A DNA stretch of 64,000 bases from Octopus sinensis (GCF_006345805.1 NC_043007.1:63612001-63676000); one strand, 5' to 3'; counted from the stretch's first letter, positions 25,105 to 38,603 are shown. Notes: generated by a model from the sequence alone, not told the origin. Made by a program: numbers and translations.

Positions 25105-28100
25105 CATCATCATTTTTCATTTAACGTCTGCTTTCCATGCTAGCATGGATTGGACGATTTCACTGAGGACTGGCGAACCAGATGGCTGCACCAGGGTCCA
25201 AACTTGATCTGGCAGAGTTTCTACAGCTGGATGCCCTTCCTAATGCCAACCACTCCAAGAGTGTAGTGAATGCTTTTACGTGTCACCAGCACAAGGCCCA
25301 GTCTGGCGGTACTGGCAACGGCCATGCTCAAATGGTGTTTTTTACATGCCACCTGCACAGGAGTCAGTCCAGCAGCACTGGCAATGACCTCACTCGAATG
25401 CTTTGTTCATGTGCCAGTAAGGCAACGCTAGTAACGATCATGCTCAAATGGTGCTTTTTACGTGCCACCGGCATGGAAACCAGACGGCTGCACTGGCAGT
25501 GATCCCGCTTGGATGGAGCTGTTAGCGCTCCACTGGCACGGATGCCAGTCATTGAATTTGGTTCAATTTCGACTTCACTTGCTCCAACAGGTCTTCGCAA
25601 GCAGAGTTTAGTGTCCAATGAAGGAAGGTTGGCATGGGTGCCAGTCATCGAATTTGGTTTGATTTAAAATTTGATATCACTTGCCTCAACAGGTCTTCGC
25701 AAGCAGAGTTTTGTGTCCAAAGAAGGAAAGGTACGCATAAGTGGGCTGGCTACACCCCTGGTAAAGGCCACAGGTTACGATCTCACTTGTCTTGCTGGGT
25801 CTTCTCACGCACAGCATATTTCCAAAAGTCTCGGTCACTAGACATTGCCTTGGTGAGGCCTAATGTTCAAAGGTTGTGCTTCACCACCTCATCCCAGGTC
25901 TTCCTGGGTTTACCTTTTCCACAGGTTCCCGCAACTGCTAGGGTGTGGCACTTTTTCACACAGCTATCCTCATCCATTCTCGCCACATGGCCATACCAGT
26001 GCAATCGTCTCTCTTGCACACCACAATTGATGCTCCTTAGGTCCAACTTTTTTCTCAAGGCACTTACACTCTGTCAAGCATGCACACTGACATTATACAT
26101 CCATCAGAGCATACTGGCTTCATTCCTTGCGAGCGAACGCATATCCTCAGCAGTCACGGCCCATGTTTCACTGCCATGTAGTATGCCTGTTTGTACACAT
26201 GTGTCATACAGTCTGCTTTTTACTCTGAGCGAGAGGCCCTTTGTCACCAGCAGAGGTAGGAGCTCACTGAACTTTGCCCAGGCTATTCTTATTCAAGCAG
26301 TTACACTTTCAGCGCACCCTCCCCTGCTAATGACTTGGTCACCTAGGTAACGGAAGTTATCAACTACTTCTAGTTTTTCTCCCTGGAATGTGGCAGAAGT
26401 TGTTCTCTGCACATTTTCAGTGTTTATTGCTCCTGAGCATCTGCCACATACAAAAACTATCTTCCTAGTTAGCCTTCCTTTGATATTGCTGCACCTCTTA
26501 GGTGTCCATAGCTTACACTGGGTACATCTTATAGAGTTTCTACCTACACCTTTTCTATAGATCGAGCAGGGCCATCTACCTGAAGGGGTTTGTGGTTTGT
26601 TTACCTTCCTACTTATTAGGACTTTTAGCTAGGTTGACTCTAAGGCCCTTCAAATCTAAACCTTGCTTCCACACCTGAAACTTCTCTCGTTCTGATAGTG
26701 ACTCAGCATAGAGGAGCTCCCAAGGGCATCATGTCTAGAATTCCTCTGTTATTGCCTGAAGAACTATGATAAATAGGAGGAGGCTGAGAACTGAGCCTTG
26801 GTGGACCCCTACCTCTACCCAGAATTCTTCACTGTACTCGTTGCCAACCCACATCTTACTGACGGCGACCTAGTACATGGATCGCACAGCTCTCACTAAC
26901 CATTCATCTATCCCTAGTTTCCTCATTGACCACCAGATAAGGGATCGGGGGACCCTGTCAAAGGCTTTCTCCATGTCAACGAAAGCCAGGTACAGAGGTT
27001 TATCTTTGGCTAGGTATTTCTCCTGCAGCTGTCTTACCAGAAATATAACATCAGTGGTGCTTTTCCATGGCACGAACCCAAACTGCATCTCATCTAAACT
27101 GACTCTCTCTCTAATTAGTTGGGCTATGACCCTCTCCGTGACCTTCATTACTTGATCCAACAAATTGATACCATACCTCTGTAATTATTTGTATCTAAAG
27201 CGTCACCTTTACCTTTTTGGCAGTTGACTATTATGCTGCAACACCAGTCATTGGGTATGACTCCTTCGTGCATCACCTGGTTAAATATACGGGTGACTAG
27301 GCTATAGCTGACACTGCCAGATATTTTGAGCAACTCTGCAGTGATTCCTGATGGGCCAGGGGCTTTCCCTGCCTTCATACTCTTCATTGCTTTATCTATC
27401 AAGGTACTGTCAATTCAGATAGCTGATCCCTCTGTTGGGTCAACATTTGGCAGACTCTCATTCTCCCATTCATTCTCTTTATTGAAGAACCTTTCATAGT
27501 GGCATCTCCAAACCTCTCTCTTTTTAGTCTCGTTCAGTGCAAGTGAACCATCATCCATATGGACACATTTCTCTCCTACGACATCACAGTTCTCTCACAC
27601 ACACTGTCTTGCAACACAAAATACTTCAAGTCTTTGGTCCCCATGACGTAGAACACTGGCAAATTTTTTCTTATCTGCTTCCCCTCTGGCTAAATAAACC
27701 TGTCTCCAAGCTTCCCTTCAGGCAGTGTGATACAATTCCCTGCTAACTCTGTTCTTCCAGTCCTTCCAAGCCTGTTTCTTTTGTCTAATAGCCCTGTCAA
27801 CCACATTGTTCCACCACCACCACGTTACCTTGGGTCGAGAGGGGACTTTGCACCATCCACAGATCTGGTCAGTGGCTCTCAGCAGGTTGTCCCGTAGAAA
27901 CCTCCAGTTGTCTTCTACATCATGTGATGCTATATCCCCTTCTATTTCATTGAAAGCTTCGAGTAATATGTCTCTAAATCTCTGTCCATTTGCAGGTTCT
28001 TTAAGCTCCTAGACCCTTCTCCTCCAGCCTGGTCTTCTTCTGGGCAACCATTTAACCCTGATTCTGAAGTAGCTAACTACTAATCTATATTGAGGGGTAC

Positions 28101-29170
28101 ATTCTTCGCCTGGGAAGGTTTTGGCATTTATAAGCCTTTCCCTTTTTCTGGTGAGAATGTAGTCAATTTGGCTGGTGAGTCTGCCAGGTGACTAGGTGAC
28201 TGGCAGGTTTTCTGAAGTTAGTATTGCAAACTATAAGATCATTTGCATCGCAGAACTTCAGCAGCCTGGTTCCCTCTTCACTGCGGGAACCAAAACCGTA
28301 GCCTCCATGTACGCCATGCGGTAGTCAGCAAGAGGGTGTAATAGAATTAGTCTTTCTGTCCATCGGGTAGCCCCAGCTGAGGGGCATAGGCCGAGATAAT
28401 GGTTGCTAACCCATGATGAAGCACCAATCTAATCTTAAGTATTGTTACATACTCTGACTACCTCAATTACCTTATCTACCCATTTCTCCACAAGAAGTAT
28501 ACCCACGCCCCTGACCCCGTCAGTGTTCCCTGCCCAGAAAATCTTGTACCTGTGTTCTTTGCCTGTGAGGAACCTAACAGAACCTCCTCTCCACCATACT
28601 TCTTGGATGCAGCACATATCAACACATCTCCATTCAAGTATCTCAACAATCTCACCAGATCTACCTTTCAGTGTGCCGACGTTGAGAGTGCCAACCCTGA
28701 GGGTGTGGGAGGTATGGGCCCTTGAGACCCTGGGATGGGGGACAGTAGTGTCATGTACCTGAAAAGAGAGCTCGCATTTGGCAGAATTCATAAACAAACA
28801 ATAGCCTTAAGTCCAACCTGCGTACACAACACTATCATATTTTTGCACTATATGATCACTACTTTACATAGTAGGGGTGGGGATGGCATAAAGCTTTTTG
28901 ATCAAGGGAGACAACCAAAGGATGACAAAAAATAGGGACTTCCAGTACAGGGGGAGGGGGTGGAAATGCAGGCGTACCGCCAGCTAGCAAATTTGGACAA
29001 GAGCATCACCTGGATATGTATCCTTTCAGCGGAGGTATTAAGAATCGAGTAGGGGAATCCGAGTGCGTGCGCTAGTTTATATAGTGTTGTGGTGGAGAAA
29101 GTCTTGGCTAGGCGAGCTGTAATCGAAAGAGAGAGAGACACACAGACAGAGTGAGGCCGAGAGAGAGAGA
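25105..29170 (-). mobile_element. Near full-length RTE-clade LINE (APE + RT + PHD-like finger + long 3' tail), frameshifted and internally deleted
   Basis: APE LRVGTLNVGTLKGRSGEIVE...CCIQE (28435-28797). RT QFGFVPWKSTTDVIF...AFVDMEKAFDRVP (26870-27163). C-terminus RRLHWYGHVARMDED (25867-26058). (ATG)n tail at 25105. Confidence 0.92.
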
Positions 29171-29699
29171 GTGGGTCAGAACATGAGGGAGAAAGATATT
29201 CTTTTGAGATTTGTGTGGCATAGTTAATTTAACGAAATAGCAAATGTTGATAATAGTAAATAGAATTGAAGAATCTGAGAGCCAGTCTAAGACAAAATTA
29301 GAGAAAAATGACTGTGTGATAAACTTTAATAGATGAATGAATGATTATGTTGTAGTTAAGGAAATGCGTGAACTAAGGTTATCTTAAGACAACAACAAGG
29401 AAGATGAAACTATAGAACTATATTTACATGATGACATAGAACTGAAATAGACAGAATAATGAAAAAAACTAATAAGGGGTTTATGATCTGCGCAGAAATA
29501 GAAGAGTAGATGACAGGGTTGAAAAGACAAAACTTCTTATATGAGCATCTTCTGGGATTCGTATTTTTCAGCCTAACAAATCACATGTCGCAAATAGTTG
29601 GCAGGCTCAGTAAAAATTCACTACTAGCAATGCCAGCATTATTAGTTTAAAATAGCAATCTGTAAATCTTACTTAATGTGGATATACTGTAGAAAACCA

Positions 29700-30062
29700 T
29701 GAAGCTGCAGTATTTGTCTCAAGAAAGCATCTTGTATAAATGTTTAGCTAAAAAGTAGATGCATATCCATAGCAGATAAAAAGCATCTAGAAGTGGTAGT
29801 AGAATTGCTAAATCTAGATTTATGCTTCTTTGAGACTCATTAGTAGCAAGTATCCATTACCACAGATTTAAATCTCAGGGACCACAACACTTGGAGCATT
29901 GAAAGGGAAACTAATTGACATCCTCATAATACAATAGATTCACTGAATACCATCCATATCCAGGTAATGCCTGAAATGACTAATTTAGAGCAGGCATGTC
30001 AATGATTCCGCCCAGCATTACAGCAGTCATTGAAGCTGAAGGCAGATAAATAGAAAAATGTT
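29700..30062 (+). mobile_element. Decayed maT/DD37D-type Tc1-mariner transposase C-terminus
   Basis: PDLNLRDHNTWSIERETN*HPHNTIDSL...ACQ*FRP/SITAVIEAEGR*IEK resembles the SPDLNPLDY..W...E...N..PHN...AC..FR.RIEAVIEAEGG.IE motif. Confidence 0.65.
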
Positions 30063-30959
30063 ATAAAAAATCTTATTGAGAACATGTGCACAAATTACTA
30101 TTAGTATATGTTTCATTTTGCGAGAGCAGAGTTGTTTATTAAATTATCAAGTATACCTTCAAATATTGATCACACCTTGTATGTATATTTAAATTGTTTC
30201 AGTCATCAGACTAAGGACATGCTGGGGCACTACTTTGAAGGACTTTTAGTCAAATCAATTGACTCTAGTATTATTCTATCATCCCTTTTGCTGAACTGCT
30301 AAGTAATGTGGATGTAAACACAGCAACATTGTATTTTCCAACCTATCTACCTCCTCTTTACACTTTCATGAACCTACATTCACACAATGTGTCCCTGACA
30401 AATCTCTTCCCCTCATCATATCTTCCTAACATCCCCTCCCTCTACCTGTTTTCAATTATTCCATACTGTTCTCCATATCCCATTCCCCTTTTGCAATCTC
30501 ATGAACTTAACCTGCCCACTCACCCTATCCGCTCATCTGTGCTGTTTCACTTATACATACAATTCTCTGTCACTTGAGTGTATGCCCAACACATCATCAC
30601 CATCTCTCTCTTTCTCTCTCTCTCACTGGGGAGAGATGGTGATACATGGCTACTCCAACTGGAATAGTCATGTATCTCCTCTATTGTAAGACACCTGTTT
30701 CTGTCTCTCTATCCATACATTAACCTCTCATTACCTGCACCACCCTCAGCATCACTCCCCACTTATTTGAAGGGTCTTGTCTTGCACTTTATTTGGTGAC
30801 CTCATTGTTGTAAGTGTCTCATAAAAAGCACTGAGTTATTATACTCTGTGAAGTGGCTGGCATTACAATGGGTATCCAACCATAGGCACCATGCCAAAGC
30901 AGACAGCAGAGCCTGATGCAGTATTCTGACTTGCCAGCATGAAAGAAGATTAATATCTT

Positions 30960-31127
30960 CTTTCATATATATATATATATATATAATGTATATATATATA
31001 CATATATATATACACACATATATATACATATGCATGTATATATATATTATATATAAATATTCATGTATGTATATATATATATATATAAATATTCATGTAT
31101 GTATATATATATATATAAATATTCATG

Positions 31128-31167
<40 letters not shown>

Positions 31168-31200
31168 CATATATATATATATATACACACACACATACAT
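30960..31200. repeat. (TA)n tract with three 32-bp TATATAAATATTCATGTATG units
   Basis: Visible directly in the sequence. Confidence 0.85.
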
Positions 31201-31204
31201 ATAT

Positions 31205-31562
31205 GCAAGTGGTAAGTAGCTTGCTTACTAACCACATGGTTCTGGGTTCAGTCCCACTGCGCGACACCTTAGGCAAGTGTCTTCTACTATAGTCTTGGAC
31301 CGACCAAAGCCTTGTGAGTTGATTTGGTAGTCGGAAACTGAAAGAAACCCATCATGTGTGTGTGTGTGCATGTGTTTGATCCCCCCAACATTGCTTGACA
31401 ACTGATGCTGGTGTGTTTACAACCCCCGTAACTTAGCTGTTCGGCAAAAGAGACCGATAGAATAAGTACTAGGCTTACAAGGAATAAGCCTTGGGATCGA
31501 TTTGTTCGACTAAAGGTGATGCTCCAGCATGGCCACAGTCAAATGACTGAAACAAGTAGAAG
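31205..31562 (+). mobile_element. SINE family A
   Basis: Head, (TG)n linker and the CCCCCAACATTGCTTGACAAC...AAATGACTGAAACAAG tail. Confidence 0.85.
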
Positions 31563-31588
31563 AGCATGCAAACACATACAAACAGTGA

Positions 31589-31658
<70 letters not shown>

Positions 31659-32669
31659 TCACACAGACACACTGCCTTTACTTAGGAACTTTACCATCTC
31701 TACACTGGATTCCATTAACACTTTCACCTCTCCCTCCTGATTCCTCACAATCTGTGTACATTAACTTTTTTCTCCACATTTTTTTTTTAAATCCTTTTTA
31801 TAATCGTCTCTTTCTTTTTGCACAATCCTTATTTAACATGTTCTTTCATGTGAAGGTATGTAGCCTGGTATTTAAGGTGGCGCACTCACAATTACAAGAT
31901 AACGAATTTGATTCCAAGACCAGGCAGTGCTTTTGTTCCTCAGCAAAACATTGCATCTGATGTTCCTCTGCAATCACTTTGACATTTCACATGCAGCACA
32001 TTGTGTACGTGTTCAGGCAATGTCAATTTGAAGGCAGGAGTGAGCTTATGAGCAGCAAAAACAATCTATATAGGTTGTTCAGCAAGAAATTGCATAACTA
32101 TCTTTCTCAGACTCAAGTGACTACCTATATGTTCTGTACCTGTTATTATGCTATATTTTTTCCTCACTTACTACACTGTTTCTTCCACACTTCCTTTTCA
32201 CATATGTCACAAAACCATACAACTTTTTCATTACTCCACTCACCCCTAGCTAACCACCTGCACCCTACATTGCTCATGCTCACACACCTCCTGCTATGCC
32301 CATCACTTTATCACCTTACAGGACACCTTCATATACATGCATATAATAACCAACCTCTTCCTCTCACTTTACTTCTCCCCAAAAGATCCCATCCCAGCCC
32401 AGCTTGATTTTTCTGTTTTCTTCTTCATTACCAACACCTTTCATTCTTTTTGTTTTTATATGAAGGACCAGCACCCAAAACGTCATGGTCCTTTACCTTT
32501 CCTTTTGACCATTACACTAATAAAAAATTTCTTGCTTTCACTCATTCATCATACACACATCTTTTCATCTTTTTTTTTCCTTTTAGAAAACAGTGGCCAT
32601 GCTGAGGCACCACTTTGGAGATTTTCTTCGTTGAATGAATTGACACCAGGACTTTTTTTCTTTTTATAA

Positions 32670-33050
32670 GCCAGGCAAGTGAAAATCAAAATCAAAATCG
32701 ATCAACATCAATGGAAATTGCAGCTGTGATACCAGTGCAGGTGGTACGTAAGAGAACCATCTGAATGTGGCCGTTGCCAGCGCTGCCCTGACTGGCCTAG
32801 TCTGGCCCCCTGCCGGTGGCATGTAAAAAGCACCATCCGATCGTAGCCATTTGCCAGCCTCATCTGGCACCTGTGCCGGTGGTACATAAAAGCACCCACT
32901 ACACTCACGGAGTGGTTGGCGATAGGAAGGGCATCCAGCCGTAGAAACATTGCCAGATCAGACTGGGCCTGGTGCAGTCTTCTGGCTTTCCAGACCCCAG
33001 TTGAACCGTCCAACCCATACTAGCATGGAAAGCGGACACTAAACGATGAT
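32670..33050 (+). mobile_element. RTE 3'-tail-derived element with 3 internal units
   Basis: Cores at 32735, 32811 and 32873. Starts with AGGCAAGTGAAAATC...GATCAACATCAATGGAA, as in the RTE tail at 34321. Confidence 0.85.
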
Positions 33051-33669
33051 GAGGTACTTAATCTGTTGGTCTCTACACATGCGCACACAGATATATATAT
33101 ATATATATATATATAGTACAAACCAGCATAACTGTCTGGCCCTTATTGGTTCTGTTTACGTGGAGAAACATTTAGTTGTTAGTGTTGGCAAGACAGTGAG
33201 TGTATTTCTATTTACGCTTATAAATATTTGCATTACACCACACATACACACTTACATGCACACATAATATAGATATGTAATAAAATGAATAATATATATA
33301 TATATGCATATATACATACGAGTATGTAAATACTTACATATATACGTATATACATATGTGGGCATAGGACATCACGGAACGTAAACCATATAAAATACAA
33401 AAACATGAATTATGAAATACGAAGACATGGAATATGAACTTTTTTTACGAACAATGAAAGAAACAAATGGAAAAGAAGATGAGCAGCATAAGGAACGACT
33501 TTTCATCAGTTCTTGGCTGTTTTTCTAATCCATATTTTGAGCGAGGAATTGCTCGAAATGTATATATATGTGTTGTGTGTATATGTGTGTGTGTATATAT
33601 ATCTATATATCTATGCATGTATATATGTGTGTATATATACACACACATGTATATGAAAAAAAATACATT

Positions 33670-33720
<51 letters not shown>

Positions 33721-33842
33721 TATATATACACACACACATATATATACACACACACATATACACACACATATATACACACACATATACATATATATATACA
33801 TACATACATATACATATACATTATATATATATATATATATAT

Positions 33843-34800
33843 ATGGGCCGTGACTGCTGAGGATATGCGTAAGCTCGCAAGAAATGAAGCCAGTATGCTC
33901 CGATGGATGTGTAATGTCAGTGTTCATACTCGACAAAGAGTAAGTACCTTGAGAGAAACGTGGGATCTAAGAAGCATCAGTTGTGGAGTGCAAGAGAGAC
34001 GTTTGCGATGGTATGGTCATGTAGCGAGAATGGATGAAGATAGTTGTGTGGAAAAGTGCCACACCCTAGCGGTTGAGGGAACCTGTGGAAGAGGTAGACC
34101 CAGGAAAATCTGGGACGAGGTGGTGAAGCACGACCATCGAACTTTAGGTCTCACCGAGGAAATGACTAGAGACCGAGACCTATGGAAGTATGCTGTGCAT
34201 GAGAAGACCCGGCAGATCAAGTGAGACCATAACCCATGGCCTCTACCTGGGATGTAGCCAGTCCACTTATGTATACCTTTCCTTCTTGGGACACAACACT
34301 CTACTTGTGAAGACCTGTTGAGGCAAGTGAAAATCAGAATCAAAATCGAAATCGATCAACATCAATGGAAGTTGTAGCTGTGATACCAGTGCCAGTGGCA
34401 CGTAAGCAAACCATCCGAACGTGGTCATTGCCAGCAGTGCCCCAACGGGCCTCCGTGCCGGTGGCACGTAAAAAGCACCATCCGATAATGGCCGTTGCCA
34501 GCCTTGCCTGGCTCCCGTACCGGTGGCACGTAAAAAGAACCATCCGATCGTGGCCATTGCCAGCCTCGCCTGGCCCCCGTGCCGGTGGCACGTAAAAAGA
34601 ACCATCCGACTGTGGCCATTTGCCAGCCCCATCTGGCACCTATGCCGGTGGCACAAAAAAGCACCATCTGACCGTGGCCGTTTGCCAGCCCCGTCTGGAA
34701 CCTGTGCCGGTGGCACGTAAAAATTACCATCTGACCGTGGCCGTTTGCCAGCCCCGACTGGCACCTGTGCCGGTGGCACGTAAAAATCACCCACCACACT
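33843..34800 (+). mobile_element. 5'-truncated young RTE LINE (ORF C-terminus + 3' tail with 7-unit array)
   Basis: WAVTAEDMRKLARNEASMLRWMC...RRLRWYGHVARMDED...GRGRPRKIW is open to the stop at 34224. The first 37 nt are identical to 63964-64000. Confidence 0.92.
34389..34790 (+). repeat. Minisatellite of seven 62-66-bp units with palindromic GTGCC-GGT-GGCAC core
   Basis: Cores start at 34389, 34455, 34517, 34579, 34642, 34704 and 34767. Confidence 0.9.
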
Positions 34801-34819
34801 CACATATATGTATGTCTTT

Positions 34820-35022
34820 GTATATGTTTGTGTTTCGGTGCTTGTCCCCCCAACATCGCTTGACAACCGATGCTGGCGTGTTTATGTCCCCATAATTTAT
34901 CGGTTCGGCAAAAGAGAGCGATAGAATATGTACTAGGCTTACAAAGAATAAGTCCTGGGGTCGATTTGCTCAACTAAAGGCAGTGCTCTTGCATGGCCAC
35001 AGTCAAATGACTGAAACAAATG
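34820..35022 (+). mobile_element. SINE family A tail
   Basis: TGTCCCCCAACATCGCTTGACAACCGATGC...AAATGACTGAAACAA. Confidence 0.85.
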
Positions 35023-35024
35023 AA

Positions 35025-36420
35025 AGAATATATATACATATATAGACACATATGTATATACATATACACACATATATATACACATACACACACATATATA
35101 TATATGCACACATATACATACACATATATATACACTTATATACATGTACACATATATATACATAGATACACACAGGCACAAACATACACATGTATACACA
35201 CAAATATACACATACATACACAAAAGCACACAAACATACACAAACATATATAATATATATATACATGCATCTGTATATTTGTGTGTATATACATGTATGT
35301 GTGTGCATACATGTACATGTGTACACACACATGTACATGTATATATACACAAATATACAGATGCATGTATATACACATAAATATACAGATGCATGTATAT
35401 ATACACACATACACAGACACATCCATATTCACACATACATACAGATACATGCACACACATACAGATACATACATATACACTTATATACTCACATATATAT
35501 ACATGTATATACTTATATATATACATCTATATACTCACATACATATACACATATATACTCACATATTCATGTATGTACACACATATGTATATACACACAT
35601 ACATACATATACACGTATATACTCGTACATATATATATATATATACTCATATATACACGTATATACTCATACAGACATACATATATGTACACACATACAT
35701 ACATATACACGTATATACTCGTACATATATATATATATATATATATACATGTATATACTCATATATACACGTATATACTCATACAGACATACATATATGT
35801 ACACACATACATATACATGTATATATGCACATACATACATCATGTGTATATAAACACATATACACGTATATACTTACATACATATACATGTATATACCCA
35901 CATACGTATATATACACATATATACATGCACATACATATCCATACACACACACATGCATGCATATATATATATATATATACACGTACATATACATATATA
36001 AAGACATATACATACAGATACATGTACGTGTTACACATCTATATACATACATTATTAGGCACAAGTATATGTATACACACACACATAAGCATAAGTATAT
36101 ATATAAGCATATGTATGCATATATGCACGCATGGATACGTGCATATACATGCATAAATACGTGCATGTACATGCATATACACGAGCATATATGTATATAT
36201 AAATATGTCCACATGCACATATATACACACGTATATTTATATACGTGCATACACACAAAGTTATATTCATACATTATATATACATTAGACACACGCACAT
36301 AAACATAATTACATATATTCTCACGCACACACAAGTGTACTTATATATTTATACAAACGTATAAATACACACACACACACATATACACACGTGCGCGCGC
36401 ATAGACACACACACTAAAGA
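35025..36420. repeat. 1.4-kb (TA/CA)-rich low-complexity tract with local higher-order duplications
   Basis: Composition. A block of ~100 bp repeats at ~35607-35705 and ~35707-35820. Confidence 0.9.
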
Positions 36421-36754
36421 TACGCATATGGTAGTAGCATTTTTCAATATCCATGTAAAGATTGCCAAATTCAGAATCAGGCATAAAAGGAGGTAAAACT
36501 AAGCTAATACTGAAAATGGGAGATTTGTTATTAAAAAAAAGTGGGGGGTGGAAAGAACATGAAACAAATGAGTTACGAATGGTTCATAGTCCGGAAAGGA
36601 CGACAGCTGACAAGAGTTTCAAGTAGTTTTTAGATACACGAACAGTGCTTGTATGTTGGGATATCTATATTCTTCCCAACTCCCCCGTCAATGGAGGCAT
36701 ACATTCAAGAATAATCTAGTTAACCCTTCCATCCGAACCTTCTTAGAAAATTGT

Positions 36755-36786
<32 letters not shown>

Positions 36787-37137
36787 TAAATACTAATAAT
36801 AGATGTAATTAGACAACTTAATTCCTAAATTTATGATGGAGAAGAAACTTTGCTGGAAATTGCGAATAAATAACAGCAAGGTGGTTGTTACGAAAGAGAT
36901 ACATAGTTGGGAAGAAGTACAAAACATAACATTGTAAGCGAATAGGGAAAAAGATTATAAAACTCGCTTAACTCTTAATTCTCTCCGCACAACTATCTAT
37001 GCTCAATCTCTCTTTATTTCCGATAAAAACACATATGGAACAGAGCAATGGAAAAAGGAGAACTAAAATGAAAGGAAATATGTAACAATAAAATAGAAAC
37101 TTAGTTTTTGCTAAATAATAAACTATTGATTACTTAC

Positions 37138-37176
37138 CATATCGTAAACGTTCAGGACGACAGGTTCCTGAGCCAT
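37138..37176 (-). CDS. DESI2: First coding exon of deSUMOylating isopeptidase 2 (PPPDE peptidase), MAQEPVVLNVYDM
   Basis: Matches the conserved DESI2 N-terminus (VVLNVYDM). Strong Kozak context ACTATGG with an in-frame TAA two codons upstream. Phase-0 donor ATG|GTAAGTA, the position where I recall the vertebrate first intron. The call rests on only 13 codons. Confidence 0.8.
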
Positions 37177-38603
37177 AGTTTAGCTAATTCAGACAAAGGA
37201 TCCAAGCAAATAGTACTTTGAAGACAGGTTTTCAGACCAATGGGCTAGTTATTCTACATACACATTCGTATGTTATCTACACACCCACATATAATGATAT
37301 ATATTGGAATTATACATATGTATATAGCTTTTGAAGTTGAGAACTTACATACAAATAAATGTGTGTACTCACACGTGTACAAATAGATTGGAGGTACTCA
37401 TATTCTAAACATTGTTCCGATATATAATTGACTAGAATGGTTTTGTTAAAGTGAAATCCATGCATTGAATAAAGCAATAGTATTTGGAACAAGAGTCAAA
37501 CCAGGAAGTTCGTCGTCTTTCGGGGTTCTTTTACACAAAAAGGTGGTTTTTTTTAAAATTCTAATTCTTTCGATATTAAAAATATTTCGTTAGTGAGATG
37601 AAATGCAATAAAGTTTGTAAAGAAGGAAACGAAAAAAATAATAACAGAGATTTTTCAAGTAAGTTGCCTTAATAGTAATATAGTAATAATAATGGTTATC
37701 TGTTTTGCAATTCGCTTCCAATGACAACAACCTCCGTTAATATTACAGAACCAAAGAAGGAAATATCAAAAGAATATCTTTAAGTAAGATACACCAAAAA
37801 GGAAGAAGTATAAATTAAAGAACACAGCAAAATTATTTTCCCTGCTTATATATATGTACATCAGCATGTATATTTGTAACGTTTGAGTCAGGGTGTGTAT
37901 ACTATCTATATATATATATATATATACACGTTCAAGGCAAATCCTTCTTAAAGGCAAGGAACGAATGGGGCAAGAATCCTGTTTTCAAGTGTTCGTTTGG
38001 ATCAGAAATTCTCTTTTAAGGAAGGCATTGACCGCCAGCAAACTGCGAAGGATAATAGAAGCATGGAACTGTGGTTCGCTGTGAAAATAAATCCTGGTTA
38101 CGGTTGCCCCTGAAACAGTTTACCAAACCACGCGCGGGCAATCCTTCTTTTCCTTCGATAAAACAAAACAACCATCTCTCTTCGAGAACGAATAGGTTCG
38201 TTTTCTTTTTCTTCAATAGCAACTCAACCCTGGAGAAAGTACTCTCTATAACAATTTCCCATGCCGCAGAAATACAATATTTTTCATCTCTTTTTTTTTT
38301 CTTTTCTTTTTTCCCCAACTATGATGCCGAATTTCTTTTCCAGTCAGAATCTGTATGCGTATGAGTACTACATCACGAATTTTGCTTAAATTTGCACACA
38401 CACAAATTTATTGTATAACTAGTGTAAAACGTCATAGCTACACATATTCTATGAAACACACAGTTCTGTACATATTTAGTGTACTGTAAATGATCTCGTC
38501 CTGTAGATGTTGTTGTTTTGTTTTTGTAAAGCAGCATTGAGAAACAGCGAAGAAAGTAAAACACCTCAGGGGGAAAAATAAGGATACATTGAACGCTTCC
38601 ATC
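37177..38603. promoter_or_regulatory. Putative bidirectional promoter / 5'UTRs of DESI2 (-) and BCKDHA (+)
   Basis: 1.43 kb between divergent ATGs, with no recognisable transposon and visibly more CpG than the flanks (e.g. CACGCGCGGG at 38109). ETS-like CAGGAAGT at ~37502. The TSSs cannot be located from sequence alone. Confidence 0.6.

Noticed and set aside
33470-33560. Minus-strand CTGATGA as a hammerhead core
   Set aside because: There is no downstream GAAA or stem II in register.
34389-34790. CRISPR array
   Set aside because: The inter-core segments are homologous to each other rather than unique spacers. There are no cas genes, the context is eukaryotic, and the array sits inside an RTE 3' tail.
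34939-36334. Long ORFs (up to 370 aa) rich in Y/I/H/T/C/V
   Set aside because: They are translations of TA/CA dinucleotide repeats, which lack stop codons in most frames. The same applies to the ORFs at 30986-31276, 33445-33936 and 49511-50279.
38016-38364. ORFs of 97-100 aa in the promoter interval as a third small gene
   Set aside because: They are partly encoded by T/A runs with no recognisable domain, and are better explained as UTR or promoter sequence.
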